A stretch of 64,000 bases of DNA from an uncultured Candidatus Binatia bacterium (GTDB lineage Bacteria; Desulfobacterota; Binatia; UBA9968; JAJDTQ01): contig OZ243916.1 in assembly GCA_965213675.1 (NCBI GenBank), forward strand, positions 2,432,001-2,496,000, given 5' to 3'. The notes below the pieces were generated by a model. The model had not been told where the DNA came from. It saw only the letters and a program-made list of their open reading frames with translations, and did no database searches. Both the position numbers and the translations under genes were made by a program. This document shows, one piece after another, positions 8,782 to 17,964 of the stretch; position 1 is the stretch's first letter, and every line of letters starts with the position of its first letter.

Positions 8782-9116
8782 TCAAGCCGTCGCCAAGACG
8801 TGGGAGAGAGCCTTCCTGACGGCGCGAGCGTCCCACGCCGACAACGCGCCGATCCTGCGAACGATCAGACCGTCATCGACGGTGAAGAGCTTGAACCGAA
8901 CCTTGCAGGGGACATTGAGGCCCACTTCTTGCCAATCCTGAAGCGCCACGTCGCTCGGCCAGGGACACTCACCGAGGTAATCATGGCCGCGATCGATTGC
9001 TCGTGAGCGGCGTTGGAGTCCGCCGAAGAGACGACCAGAGCCGGCCGGCGCTTGCTGGTCTGGCGGTCCGTGAAGGGGAAAGGGACAACGATCACGTCGA
9101 ACGCGTCAAAGGTCAC
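8782..9116 (-). pseudogene. PemK/MazF-family toxin, frameshifted near 8960-8970
   Basis: VPFPFTDRQTSKRRPALVVS...AMITS, then continues in another frame as WPSDVALQDWQEVGLNVPCKVRFKLFTVD...LATA* (TGA at 8784-8782). Confidence 0.8.
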
Positions 9117-9330
9117 GCCACGCTTCCTCGTCCTCTGGAGAGACCCATTCGCTGAGAACTCCGGAGAGGCCCTTCAGGTAGTCGTCCTCTGCCGGAATGA
9201 CCTTGCGAACCACGACATGATCAGCCGCGATCTCGAAAGTGATCAGGTCACCCTCCCGGAGGTTCGCCGCTTGGCGGATCTTCTTGGGAATGGTCGTCTT
9301 CCCGCGTGAGGTAATCCTGGCGAGTTCCAT
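9106..9330 (-). CDS. AbrB/MazE-family antitoxin
   Basis: MELARITSRGKTTIPKKIRQAANLREGD...EWVSPEDEEAWRDL; overlaps toxin start. Confidence 0.85.
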   Translation of the reverse strand: MELARITSRGKTTIPKKIRQAANLREGDLITFEIAADHVVVRKVIPAEDDYLKGLSGVLSEWVSPEDEEAWRDL

Positions 9331-9440
9331 TTTCCTGCCTCCCAATATTCGGAAAATAAGTAATACAGAAATGCAGCGCAACCATGGGCTACCATCCCGG
9401 TCCGGACTCCCATGGTTGACCGGCTCGCTCCGCTTCCCCT

Positions 9441-10685
9441 ATGGTGGCGGCCATGCTGCGGCCCTACCTGAGACGCGCCCATGCCCGCGCCGAGAAGCGC
9501 TGGGCCCGGGAGGTGGAGCGGTGCGTGACGGTGGACCATCTGCGCCAGGTGATGGAAAAGCGCGTGCCGCCCATCGTCCGGGAATATTACCGCGGCGGGG
9601 CGGATGACGAGATCACGCTGCGGGACAACGTCGAGGCCTTCCGGCGGGAACGGTTCAAGCCGCGGTCCGGTGTGCGCCTGGACTCGGTGGAGCTCCGCAC
9701 CGGCATCCTCGGGCACGAGATCGCGCTGCCCGTGATCGCCGGGCCCATCGGCAGCCCCCGGATGATCTGGCCCCGGGGCGAGGCCGTCGCCGCCCGGGCC
9801 GCGGGCGAAGCCGGCACCATCTGCACGCTCTCGACGCTCACCGGCACCGACCTGGAGGAAGTCCGGGGCGCCACCCAGGGACCGTGCTGGTTCCAGCTCT
9901 ACCTCATCGGGGGCGAGGACGTGGCCGCGCGCGCCATCGCGAGAGCCAGAAACGCGGGCTACTCCGCCCTCGTCCTCACCATCGATACCGCGGTCCCCGG
10001 GAACCGGGCGCACCACGAGTGGCTCGGCGCCGGGCGCGCCATCAACGGGACACCGGCCCAGAAGCTCCGGTTCGCGCCGCAGATGCTGCGGCACCTCTCC
10101 TGGCTCAAGAGCTACTGCCACGACGGCGGGATGATGCGGTTCCGCAACGTCATCCTCGAGGACGGCACACCCATGCCGTACACCGACATCGGCACACAAC
10201 TCCGCGCTTCCGCGGTCACTTGGGAACATATTCCCTGGGTCCGGGCCCGCTGGGGCGAGGCGCCGATCATCATCAAGGGCGTCCAATGCGTCGAAGACGC
10301 CCAACTCGCCGTCGAGCACGGCGCCGGCGCCATCGTCGTCTCCAATCACGGCGGCCGGCAACTCGACCGCGTCTACCCCACGCTCCACATGTTGAAGGAG
10401 ATTGCGCCGGCGTTGCAGGGTTCCGGCGTGAAGATTCTGCTGGACGGCGGAATCCGGTCCGGCGCGGACGTCGTCATCGCCTTGGCGCATGGAGCCCACG
10501 CCGTACTCGCGGGGCGCGCCTACGTCTACGGTCTCGGCGCGGGCGGTTTCGCGGGTGTCCGCAAGGCGTTCTCGATCATGAGGAAGGAGATCGAGGATAC
10601 CCTGCGGCTCCTGGGCTGTGCCTCCATCCATGAACTGCGGGCGGAAGACCACCTGCTACCCCATCCCTTCCGGATCCGCGCCTGA
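9441..10685 (+). CDS. FMN-dependent alpha-hydroxy-acid oxidase/dehydrogenase (LldD-like)
   Basis: GGADDEITLRDN, WFQLY, IIKG, SNHGGRQLD, DGGIRSGAD. Confidence 0.9.
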   Translation: MVAAMLRPYLRRAHARAEKRWAREVERCVTVDHLRQVMEKRVPPIVREYYRGGADDEITLRDNVEAFRRERFKPRSGVRLDSVELRTGILGHEIALPVIAGPIGSPRMIWPRGEAVAARAAGEAGTICTLSTLTGTDLEEVRGATQGPCWFQLYLIGGEDVAARAIARARNAGYSALVLTIDTAVPGNRAHHEWLGAGRAINGTPAQKLRFAPQMLRHLSWLKSYCHDGGMMRFRNVILEDGTPMPYTDIGTQLRASAVTWEHIPWVRARWGEAPIIIKGVQCVEDAQLAVEHGAGAIVVSNHGGRQLDRVYPTLHMLKEIAPALQGSGVKILLDGGIRSGADVVIALAHGAHAVLAGRAYVYGLGAGGFAGVRKAFSIMRKEIEDTLRLLGCASIHELRAEDHLLPHPFRIRA

Positions 10686-10880
10686 ACGCCGTCGGGATGC
10701 GGTTGTCCGGGACAGGAGCCATTTCCTTTGCCAGACCGTGTGCGCGGCGCGGAATGAGCCGGGTTCCCGAAACCCGCTGCATTTCGCGTATGCTCGATTC
10801 GTCAATGTCCTCGCCGATGCCGTTCGCGAATCGTCCATAGTCAATGATCGTTTACGTTTTCGCGCGATGGCTGCAGCAAA

Positions 10881-10918
10881 AGGATCATACAACCACGTAT
10901 ACCCGGCTGTATGATCCT
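10881..10918. promoter_or_regulatory. Inverted repeat upstream of the TetR gene, candidate operator
   Basis: AGGATCATACA-N16-TGTATGATCCT, perfect 11-bp arms in an AT-rich intergenic region. Confidence 0.45.
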
Positions 10919-10991
10919 GCAACAAATTTTGCTAGATTCGAGATCATGCCCTCATGGTTGTCAACAGATACTCAAAAGTGGAGTTGATTAA

Positions 10992-11597
10992 ATGGGTAGA
11001 CCGAAGGAATTTGACGAAACCGAAGCGCTGATGAAAGCCATGCAACTGTTCTGGGTGCATGGGTACAAGGCGACCTCGATACAGGATCTCGTGGATGGCA
11101 TGGGCATCGGCCGCGGCAGCCTCTACGGGACCTTCGGCGGCAAACGGTCGCTCTTCATGAGAGCGCTGCGCCACTACGACAGGGAACGGGAGGAACAACT
11201 GGTTCAGTTCGCGGAGGAGAAGGAACCCTGCGAAGCGGTACTTGCCACATTCGAAGGGGTGGTCGACTCGGTGCTGTCCGACGGTGGCCGCGACGGATGC
11301 TTCCTGGTCAACACCGCACTTGAGTTATCGGCGCACGATGCGGAGATCGCCTCCGTGGTCGCGAGTGGATTCGCGGATTCCGAGAGCTTCTACCGCATGA
11401 TGATCGAGCGCGGCAAGGCCAGCAAGGCGATTCCCAAGGACGTGGACGCGCCCGCCACCGCCCGAGCATTGTTGACGCTGTTGCTTGGATTGTTCGTGCT
11501 TTCGCGCAGCCGCCCCGAAGCGGTCCTGCTGCGATCCGTGGTCAAGCAGGCGGACGCAATGATCCACGGAGCCAACGGCTCCACTCCACCCCGCTGA
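10992..11597 (+). CDS. TetR/AcrR-family regulator (ComR/NemR-like)
   Basis: MGRPKEFD...FWVHGYKATSIQDLVDGMGIGRGSLYGTFGGK; GCFLVN. Confidence 0.9.
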   Translation: MGRPKEFDETEALMKAMQLFWVHGYKATSIQDLVDGMGIGRGSLYGTFGGKRSLFMRALRHYDREREEQLVQFAEEKEPCEAVLATFEGVVDSVLSDGGRDGCFLVNTALELSAHDAEIASVVASGFADSESFYRMMIERGKASKAIPKDVDAPATARALLTLLLGLFVLSRSRPEAVLLRSVVKQADAMIHGANGSTPPR

Positions 11598-11656
11598 GAC
11601 ACCGATCACCCCAAGTCCGAAATCCGCTTTCGGGCTGTCCGGGGAATCCATCCTGC

Positions 11657-13540
11657 TCACGACCGGGCCGTCGCACGTTGTGCGTCCGCCATCAGGTCGT
11701 CGGGCAAATCGTCGAATGACGTATAGTTGAGCGCGTAGAGGCGCGCATACAGACCCTTCCGCTCGGTCAACTGCCGGTGGGTGCCGGTTTCCACGATCCG
11801 GCCGTCCTGCAGCACGAGGATGCGGTCGGCGTCGCGCACGGTGGCGAGGCGATGGGCGATGACGATTCCGGTGCGCCCCTCCAGGAGCGCGGCGAGTCCG
11901 ATCTGAATCTGCCGCTCGGTGTAGGAATCGATGTTGGCGGTGGCCTCGTCGAGCACCAGCACCCGGGCGTCCGCCACCAATGCCCGGGCGAAGCTCAAGA
12001 GCTGGCGCTGTCCCAGAGACAGGTTGCCGCCCCCCTGCTCCAGCACCGTGTCGTAGCCGTCCGGCCAGCGCATGATGAAGTCGTGGGCGCCGACGATGCG
12101 AGCCGCCCGCTCGACATCGCGGTCGGCAGCGTCAATGGTGCGGAAACGGATGTTCTCGCGGATGGTGCCGGTAAACAGGAACGGGTCCTGCAACACCATG
12201 GCGATGTGCCGGCCCAGGGACGCCGCCGTGTAGTCGCGCACGTCGCGCCCGTCGAGCAGGATGGCGCCATCCCACACGTCGTAGAAGCGGTGCAGCAACG
12301 ACGTGGTGCTGGTCTTGCCGGAGCCGGTGGGTCCCACCAGCGCCACCGTCTCTCCCGGTTCGATGGTGAAGTTGATGTCCTTGAGCACCGGCTGGTTCTT
12401 TTCGTAACCGAAGGTGACGTCGCGGAACTCGATGCGGCCCTCGATATTCTCCGGAGCAATGGCGTCGGGGCGGTCGTTGATGGCCAGCGGCACGTCCAGC
12501 ACCTCGAAAATGCGCTGGCCCGAGGCCATGGCCCGCTGCATGACACTGTACTGGATGGTGAGGGAACGGATCGGGTCGAAGAACCGTTGCACGTAGAACA
12601 CGAAGGCGACCATGATGCCGATATCCAGAGTGCCACCGAGCACCTGGGCGCCGCCCACCACGATGACCACGCCCCAGGCCGCGCCGGTGAGCGTGTCGAC
12701 GATGGGCACCATGACCTGTGCGTACTGGGCCGAGCGCAGATGCGCGTTCAGGTTCTCGGTGGCCTTCTCGTCGTAAAGCACGAAGTTGGTCGCCTCGCGC
12801 CGCATGCCCTGGACCGTGCGAACCGCATGAATGCCCTCGGCCAGGGCGCCGTTGGCGATGGAATTGGTCTCGCGCGCGCGCCGGAAAGCCGCGCGCGCCC
12901 GGGGCAGCCATACCAGGCGGACAAAGAACAGCACGGGCACCACCGACAACGTCAGCAGCCCCAGTTGGAAGTCGAGCCACAACATGATGACGACAATGCC
13001 GAACAGCAGCACGAGATCGCCCAGGGCGGTGATGGAGTTCTCCAGAAACTCCTGGAGCGAGTAAACGTCCCCTTGCAGCCGCGACATCATGCGGCCCACC
13101 TCTGTCTTGTCCATGAAGGCCATGGCGACGTACTGGAGGTGGGCGAACATGGCCCGGCGCAAATCGAAGATGACCTCCTCGCCGGTGCGGCTCACCAGCC
13201 AGTCCTGAACGAAGCTGCTGGCGTAGTTCACCAGGACCATCGCAAAGAAGATCATCACGATGAAACCCAGTAGCGCGCTGTCGCCCGGTTCGATGGCGTG
13301 GTCGATGGCGTGGCGGATGATCAGGGGAATCGCCAACTGCGCCCCGGTGAAGAGCACCAAAGCAACGATGGCGGCATAGAGACGCCGCCGGTACGGATGG
13401 ACGTAGGCAAAGAAGCGCCGCACCACATGCCGGTCGAAGGCGGCGCCGAACATCTCCTCGTCGCGGCTGATCTGCGATCCCACCACGGCCCGGGGCGGAC
13501 GTCCCCGCCCTTCCCACGCCCTGGCCGCCGGGGTCGTCAT
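11657..13540 (-). CDS. ABC exporter TMD-NBD half transporter, subunit 2
   Basis: GPTGSGKT, LSLGQRQ, VLDEATANID, IAHRL. Confidence 0.92.
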   Translation of the reverse strand: MTTPAARAWEGRGRPPRAVVGSQISRDEEMFGAAFDRHVVRRFFAYVHPYRRRLYAAIVALVLFTGAQLAIPLIIRHAIDHAIEPGDSALLGFIVMIFFAMVLVNYASSFVQDWLVSRTGEEVIFDLRRAMFAHLQYVAMAFMDKTEVGRMMSRLQGDVYSLQEFLENSITALGDLVLLFGIVVIMLWLDFQLGLLTLSVVPVLFFVRLVWLPRARAAFRRARETNSIANGALAEGIHAVRTVQGMRREATNFVLYDEKATENLNAHLRSAQYAQVMVPIVDTLTGAAWGVVIVVGGAQVLGGTLDIGIMVAFVFYVQRFFDPIRSLTIQYSVMQRAMASGQRIFEVLDVPLAINDRPDAIAPENIEGRIEFRDVTFGYEKNQPVLKDINFTIEPGETVALVGPTGSGKTSTTSLLHRFYDVWDGAILLDGRDVRDYTAASLGRHIAMVLQDPFLFTGTIRENIRFRTIDAADRDVERAARIVGAHDFIMRWPDGYDTVLEQGGGNLSLGQRQLLSFARALVADARVLVLDEATANIDSYTERQIQIGLAALLEGRTGIVIAHRLATVRDADRILVLQDGRIVETGTHRQLTERKGLYARLYALNYTSFDDLPDDLMADAQRATARS

Positions 13541-13613
13541 GCGCCGCTCCCTTCCGGCCCGCCGCAGCCGTCTGTCCGGCGCGGGCGGTCCCTGCGGTCG
13601 TTGGCCGCCGGAG

Positions 13614-15572
13614 TCATGCGTCCGCTGCCTCGCGCGCCCCGGTCACGCCCGCTTCCGCGACGCGGTCCACGACATCCTGCAGGGGACCGTCGAGAGTCTG
13701 CAGGGCGAACAGCGCCGCGTAGCGGCCGCCCAGGGCCACCAGCGCGTCATGCGAGCCGCGCTCGACGATGCGGCCGCCCTCGATGAAAAGGATCTCGTCG
13801 GCATGGCGCAAGCCTCCGAGGCGGTGCGACACGATGAGGGTGGCGCAGTTGGCCGCGTGCGCGCCCAGCGCTTCACGGATGCGCTGCTCGGTGCCGGCGT
13901 CGATGGCGGCCATGGAGTCATCGAGCACCAGCACGGCCGGGCGCAGCATGGCGGTGCGCGCGATGGCCACCCGTTGCTTCTGCCCGCCCGAAAGCGACAC
14001 CCCCCGTTCTCCCACCAGCGTACCGTAGCGGTCCGGCAACTGATCGATGAATCCATCGATCTGGGCGATGGCGGCGGAGTCCCGGATCGTCCCCTCCTCC
14101 GCCCACGGATCGCCGTAGGCGATGTTGTTCTCGAGCGAGGACGTGAACAGGAACGGGTCTTGTTGTACCACGCGCACGGTGTGGCGCAGGGAATCGAGCG
14201 TCACGTCCCGGATATCGTGGCCGTCGATGAGGATGCGCCCGCCGGTCACGTCGTAGTAGCGCGGCAGCAGGCGCGCGATGGTCGATTTGCCGCTGCCGGG
14301 CGGGCCGACGATGCCGAGGGTCCTGCCCCGTTCCAACCGGAACGAGACGCCGTCCAGCACCGCGGGGGCGCCCTCCACCGGATAGGCGAAGGAGACGTCC
14401 TTGAACTCCACGACACCGTCCGTCACCTGCAGCGGCCGGGCGTCCTCCCGGTGGCGTATGGGCGGTTCCAGATCGAGCACCGCGAACAGCCGCGCGCCGC
14501 AGGTGGAAGCGCGGGCAAAGGCGTTCACCACCATGCCGAGCTGGCGCACGGGCTGCTGAAGAATGGTCATGAAGGCGAGAAACTCCGTGAGGGTGCCCAC
14601 GGTGATGACGCCTTGAATGGCGCGCGAGCCGCCGACCCACAGCACCAGTCCCATGGCCACGAAAAACGCGAAATTCATGGATGTGGCCGAGCCCACCCGG
14701 GTGCGGATGCGCCGCGCCGCCAGGGCGAAGGCATGGTCCGAGGCCTCCTGGTACTTGTCGAGCTCGTGGCGCTCCGCCCCGAACGCCCGCACCACCCGGA
14801 TGCCGGTGAGGTTTTCGTCCATGATGCGGCCCAGCACCGCCATGCGCTCCTGCAGCGCGAACCACATCTCACGCAGCCGCAAGCGAACGGTGGTGGAGCG
14901 CCACGCCACGAACGGCACGAAGCTGAGACTCAGGATGCCAAGGAACACGTCGGTGGAGAGCAGCCGGTAGGCGCCGACGCCGATGAGGATGAGGAACAGC
15001 AGCACCCGCAGCACGCCCATGTTCATGAACGAGCGCACCCCCTCCAGATCCAGCATGCCGCGGGTGATCAGTTCGCCCGTATGCACCCGGTCGTGGAAGG
15101 AGAAGTTCAGGCGCTGGAGCTTGTCGTAGAAGGCCAGCCGGAGCCGGTAGGCGAGATGATGCCCCAGGGTCTCGCCGCAATAGTTGTGCGTCAGGGTGAA
15201 CAGACCGCGCAAGGTGGCGATGCCCAGCAGCGTCAACGCGGTGCCGTAAAGATAATCCCACGCCGCCTCGTTCGACACCGAGACGCTTCCCAGGACGCCC
15301 CCGGCGCCGTCCACCGCGTTCCCCAGATACTCCGGGATCATGAGTTGGAAGACCGCCGCCACCACGGTCGCGACGGCGCCCAGCGCAAGGCGCAGCCGCT
15401 GCCGCGCCGCGAGCTTGAAGATGCGCCACAGGACCGCGAGATCATCCGCGCCGTCGCGGTCCTTGTCGATGTCCATGCCGGCGTAAGCGCGCGCGTACAC
15501 CTTCTTTTCGGGCGGCGGCTCCGCGCCGTTGCCGGAAGCCGCTCCGTTCGCCTGGGTGTCCATCGTGGCCAT
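13614..15572 (-). CDS. ABC exporter TMD-NBD half transporter, subunit 1
   Basis: GPPGSGKS, LSGGQKQ, VLDDSMAAID; start likely 15572 or 15563, not 16691. Confidence 0.9.
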   Translation of the reverse strand: MATMDTQANGAASGNGAEPPPEKKVYARAYAGMDIDKDRDGADDLAVLWRIFKLAARQRLRLALGAVATVVAAVFQLMIPEYLGNAVDGAGGVLGSVSVSNEAAWDYLYGTALTLLGIATLRGLFTLTHNYCGETLGHHLAYRLRLAFYDKLQRLNFSFHDRVHTGELITRGMLDLEGVRSFMNMGVLRVLLFLILIGVGAYRLLSTDVFLGILSLSFVPFVAWRSTTVRLRLREMWFALQERMAVLGRIMDENLTGIRVVRAFGAERHELDKYQEASDHAFALAARRIRTRVGSATSMNFAFFVAMGLVLWVGGSRAIQGVITVGTLTEFLAFMTILQQPVRQLGMVVNAFARASTCGARLFAVLDLEPPIRHREDARPLQVTDGVVEFKDVSFAYPVEGAPAVLDGVSFRLERGRTLGIVGPPGSGKSTIARLLPRYYDVTGGRILIDGHDIRDVTLDSLRHTVRVVQQDPFLFTSSLENNIAYGDPWAEEGTIRDSAAIAQIDGFIDQLPDRYGTLVGERGVSLSGGQKQRVAIARTAMLRPAVLVLDDSMAAIDAGTEQRIREALGAHAANCATLIVSHRLGGLRHADEILFIEGGRIVERGSHDALVALGGRYAALFALQTLDGPLQDVVDRVAEAGVTGAREAADA

Positions 15573-15574
15573 GT

Positions 15575-15604
15575 GTGGCAATGCGGCGCGTGGCAATGCG
15601 GCGC
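15575..15604. repeat. 15-bp tandem duplication
   Basis: GTGGCAATGCGGCGC twice, immediately upstream of the ABC exporter start. Confidence 0.7.
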
Positions 15605-15706
15605 GCCGTTTCCCTCGCCGGACCCGCGGCGCGCCACCGACCAGTCGACCGTGGTTCAAGATAGTTCCTGCGCGGGCGCTGGTCAAACCGGACGTTTTCG
15701 GGAAAC

Positions 15707-16522
15707 CTACAGGAACCGGTCCAGCAGCATCATCAGCACCGCGAGCACAACCACCCCCACGACCACCGCCTGGAGCCGGCGCGGCTCCATCCGCTTGCAC
15801 AGCGCGGCGCCATAGTGAACCCCCGCCAACGACCCCGCGGACATCAATGCGGCGGCGGCGACGTCCACGTCGTGCGCGCCTTGGCCCCGGCCGATGAGGG
15901 CGTACAGCGTGGACATGACCGTCATCAGCAGCAACGCGACGAAAATCGACGTGCCCACGTAACGCGACGTCTCCCGGTAGAACAACAGCAGCGCGGGGAT
16001 GATCAGGATGCCGCCCCCGACGGAGGTCATGCCCATCACCGCCCCCACGAGGAAGATACACGGGAACTTCACCACCGCGCCCCGCCGCGAAGAAAGGAAA
16101 CGCGTATCCAACCGGTTGTAGTCGAAGAGCAGCGCCACCAGCGCGAAGCTGATGGATGCCATGACCATGTAGCTGACGATCTCCTGGAGCACCTCGACCC
16201 CGCTCGGAGAAAGCGAGACCCGGCTCCACTTCACCGCCAGGGCGCCCACCAGCACGCCGGGGACGGCGGCCAGAAAGAACCGAATGCCCACGTCGAGGTT
16301 CAGGGTCCCCTGCCGGTAGTGCCGGATGCCGGCCCAGATCTTTGTGAGAACGCCGTACAGTCCGGCCGTCCCCACTGCCGCGATGGGCTCCAGCTTGACG
16401 ACCAGCAGCAGGAACGGAACCGTCAGCACCCCGCCGCCGATGCCGGTCAGCCCGATGAGAAAACCCAGGACCACGCCGGAGACGACGAGCACGATGATGT
16501 CGGAGACGATGATCTCGGGCAT
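15707..16522 (-). CDS. Sulfite exporter TauE/SafE-family membrane protein
   Basis: GLTGIGGG and GMTSVGGG internal repeat, multiple TM helices. Confidence 0.88.
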   Translation of the reverse strand: MPEIIVSDIIVLVVSGVVLGFLIGLTGIGGGVLTVPFLLLVVKLEPIAAVGTAGLYGVLTKIWAGIRHYRQGTLNLDVGIRFFLAAVPGVLVGALAVKWSRVSLSPSGVEVLQEIVSYMVMASISFALVALLFDYNRLDTRFLSSRRGAVVKFPCIFLVGAVMGMTSVGGGILIIPALLLFYRETSRYVGTSIFVALLLMTVMSTLYALIGRGQGAHDVDVAAAALMSAGSLAGVHYGAALCKRMEPRRLQAVVVGVVVLAVLMMLLDRFL

Positions 16523-16734
16523 GGTGGTTCAGGCCGCGAGCCGCAGCGAAACCCACGGACCCATCGGCAGGCTTGCGGTCGTCGGGGCGGGATCGGGGAG
16601 TCCCTACACTCTTAGCCCATGCGCCTCGGTCGTGTCCAGGATGGCCGGGAGTCGCGTTTGTCCGGCGCAGGGTGAGACCTGGAGAATCCATGGAACCGTG
16701 TTGACAGGCTCCACCGGCCGGCGGTACGAACTGC

Positions 16735-16901
16735 CCAGTGCCGTGTCCCGTAAATTCCTACGACAAGATGCGCAGGAATTTTTTGTTGCCGGCAAGGCGC
16801 GATGACGAGCAGTAGCGGGCACCACGTGAGGAAGAGCCACGCAGCCGACGACAAAAAGTCCTCCGCAGATTATGACGCGAATTAACCAGACACCACACTA
16901 G
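16735..16901. repeat. 167-bp MITE-like hairpin element
   Basis: Imperfect TIRs CCAGTGCCGTGTCCCGTAAATTC / GAATTAACCAGACACCACACTAG; inner arms pair; partial diverged copy at 30729-30781. Confidence 0.7.
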
Positions 16902-16915
16902 AACGCGGGCAGCTC

Positions 16916-17920
16916 ATGGATTACGGCGTATTCGATCATCTCGACCGCGGCGACCTGCCGCTGACGGAGTACTACGAGGCGCGTCTCAAGCTCGTGGAGG
17001 CATACGACCGGACGGGGTTCTACGCTTACCACTTGGCGGAACACCACTCGACGCCCCTCGGCATGGCGCCCTCGCCGAGCGTGTTCCTCGCTGCGGTGGC
17101 CCAGCGCACCCAACGGCTGCGCTTCGGCCCCATGGTCTACGCGCTACCGCTGTACCATCCCATCCGGCTGATCGAGGAGATCTGCATGCTCGACCAGATG
17201 AGCGGCGGGCGGCTCGACATGGGATTCGGGCGCGGCGCGTCGCCCATCGAGCTGGCGGCGTACGGCCAGGACCCGCAGCAGGCCCAGCGCATCTACGCGG
17301 AGGGCGTGGACCTCATCCTCCAGGGACTCACAAAACAGACACTCGACTTCGCCGGGGAATTCTTCAACTTCCGGGACGTGCCCATGGAGTTGCAACCGCG
17401 ACAACGGCCCCATCCGCCCTTGTGGTACGGCGTCCACTCCACCGAGAGCGCCGAACGGGCGGCCCGGCGCCGGCTTCACATCGTGAGCCTGGATCCCGCG
17501 GAACCCACCCGCCACTTCACCGACCGGTTCCGCAAGGTCTGGAGCGAAGTTCACGCCAATGACGCGAACCTGCCCAAGATCGGCTTGGGCCGCTTCATCG
17601 TGGTGGCCGACGACGATACCGCCGCTCTGCGCATCGCCCGGCGCGCCTACCCGGTGTGGCACCGGAGCTTCACCCACCTGTTCCGCCTCCGGGGCAGTTC
17701 GCCGACCCACCCGCGCCCGCCGGACTTCGACGGCGCCATTGCCTCCGGCCAGGGCATTGCCGGCGGCCCGGCCACCGTAAAGACCCTCCTCCGTTCACAA
17801 CTCCAGCGCGCCGGCGCCAACTATTTCATCGGCCAGTTCGCCTTCGGCGACATCTCCCTCGACGAAGCGCTCCGGTCCGTGGACCTCTTTGCCGGGCACG
17901 TGGCGCCCGACCTGGACTGA
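16916..17920 (+). CDS. LLM-class flavin-dependent oxidoreductase (luciferase-like)
   Basis: AEHHSTP, PSPSVFLAAVAQRT, HPIRLIEE, GRLDMGFGRG, QRPHPPLW. Confidence 0.9.
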   Translation: MDYGVFDHLDRGDLPLTEYYEARLKLVEAYDRTGFYAYHLAEHHSTPLGMAPSPSVFLAAVAQRTQRLRFGPMVYALPLYHPIRLIEEICMLDQMSGGRLDMGFGRGASPIELAAYGQDPQQAQRIYAEGVDLILQGLTKQTLDFAGEFFNFRDVPMELQPRQRPHPPLWYGVHSTESAERAARRRLHIVSLDPAEPTRHFTDRFRKVWSEVHANDANLPKIGLGRFIVVADDDTAALRIARRAYPVWHRSFTHLFRLRGSSPTHPRPPDFDGAIASGQGIAGGPATVKTLLRSQLQRAGANYFIGQFAFGDISLDEALRSVDLFAGHVAPDLD

Positions 17921-17964
17921 CCGGCGCCGGGATCGGCACATCGGTGCGGCTCTCGGCGTCTCGT

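Noticed and set aside
15573-16691. Extension of the ABC ORF to 1025 aa
   Set aside because: Overlaps the TauE gene in another frame and has no domain signal.
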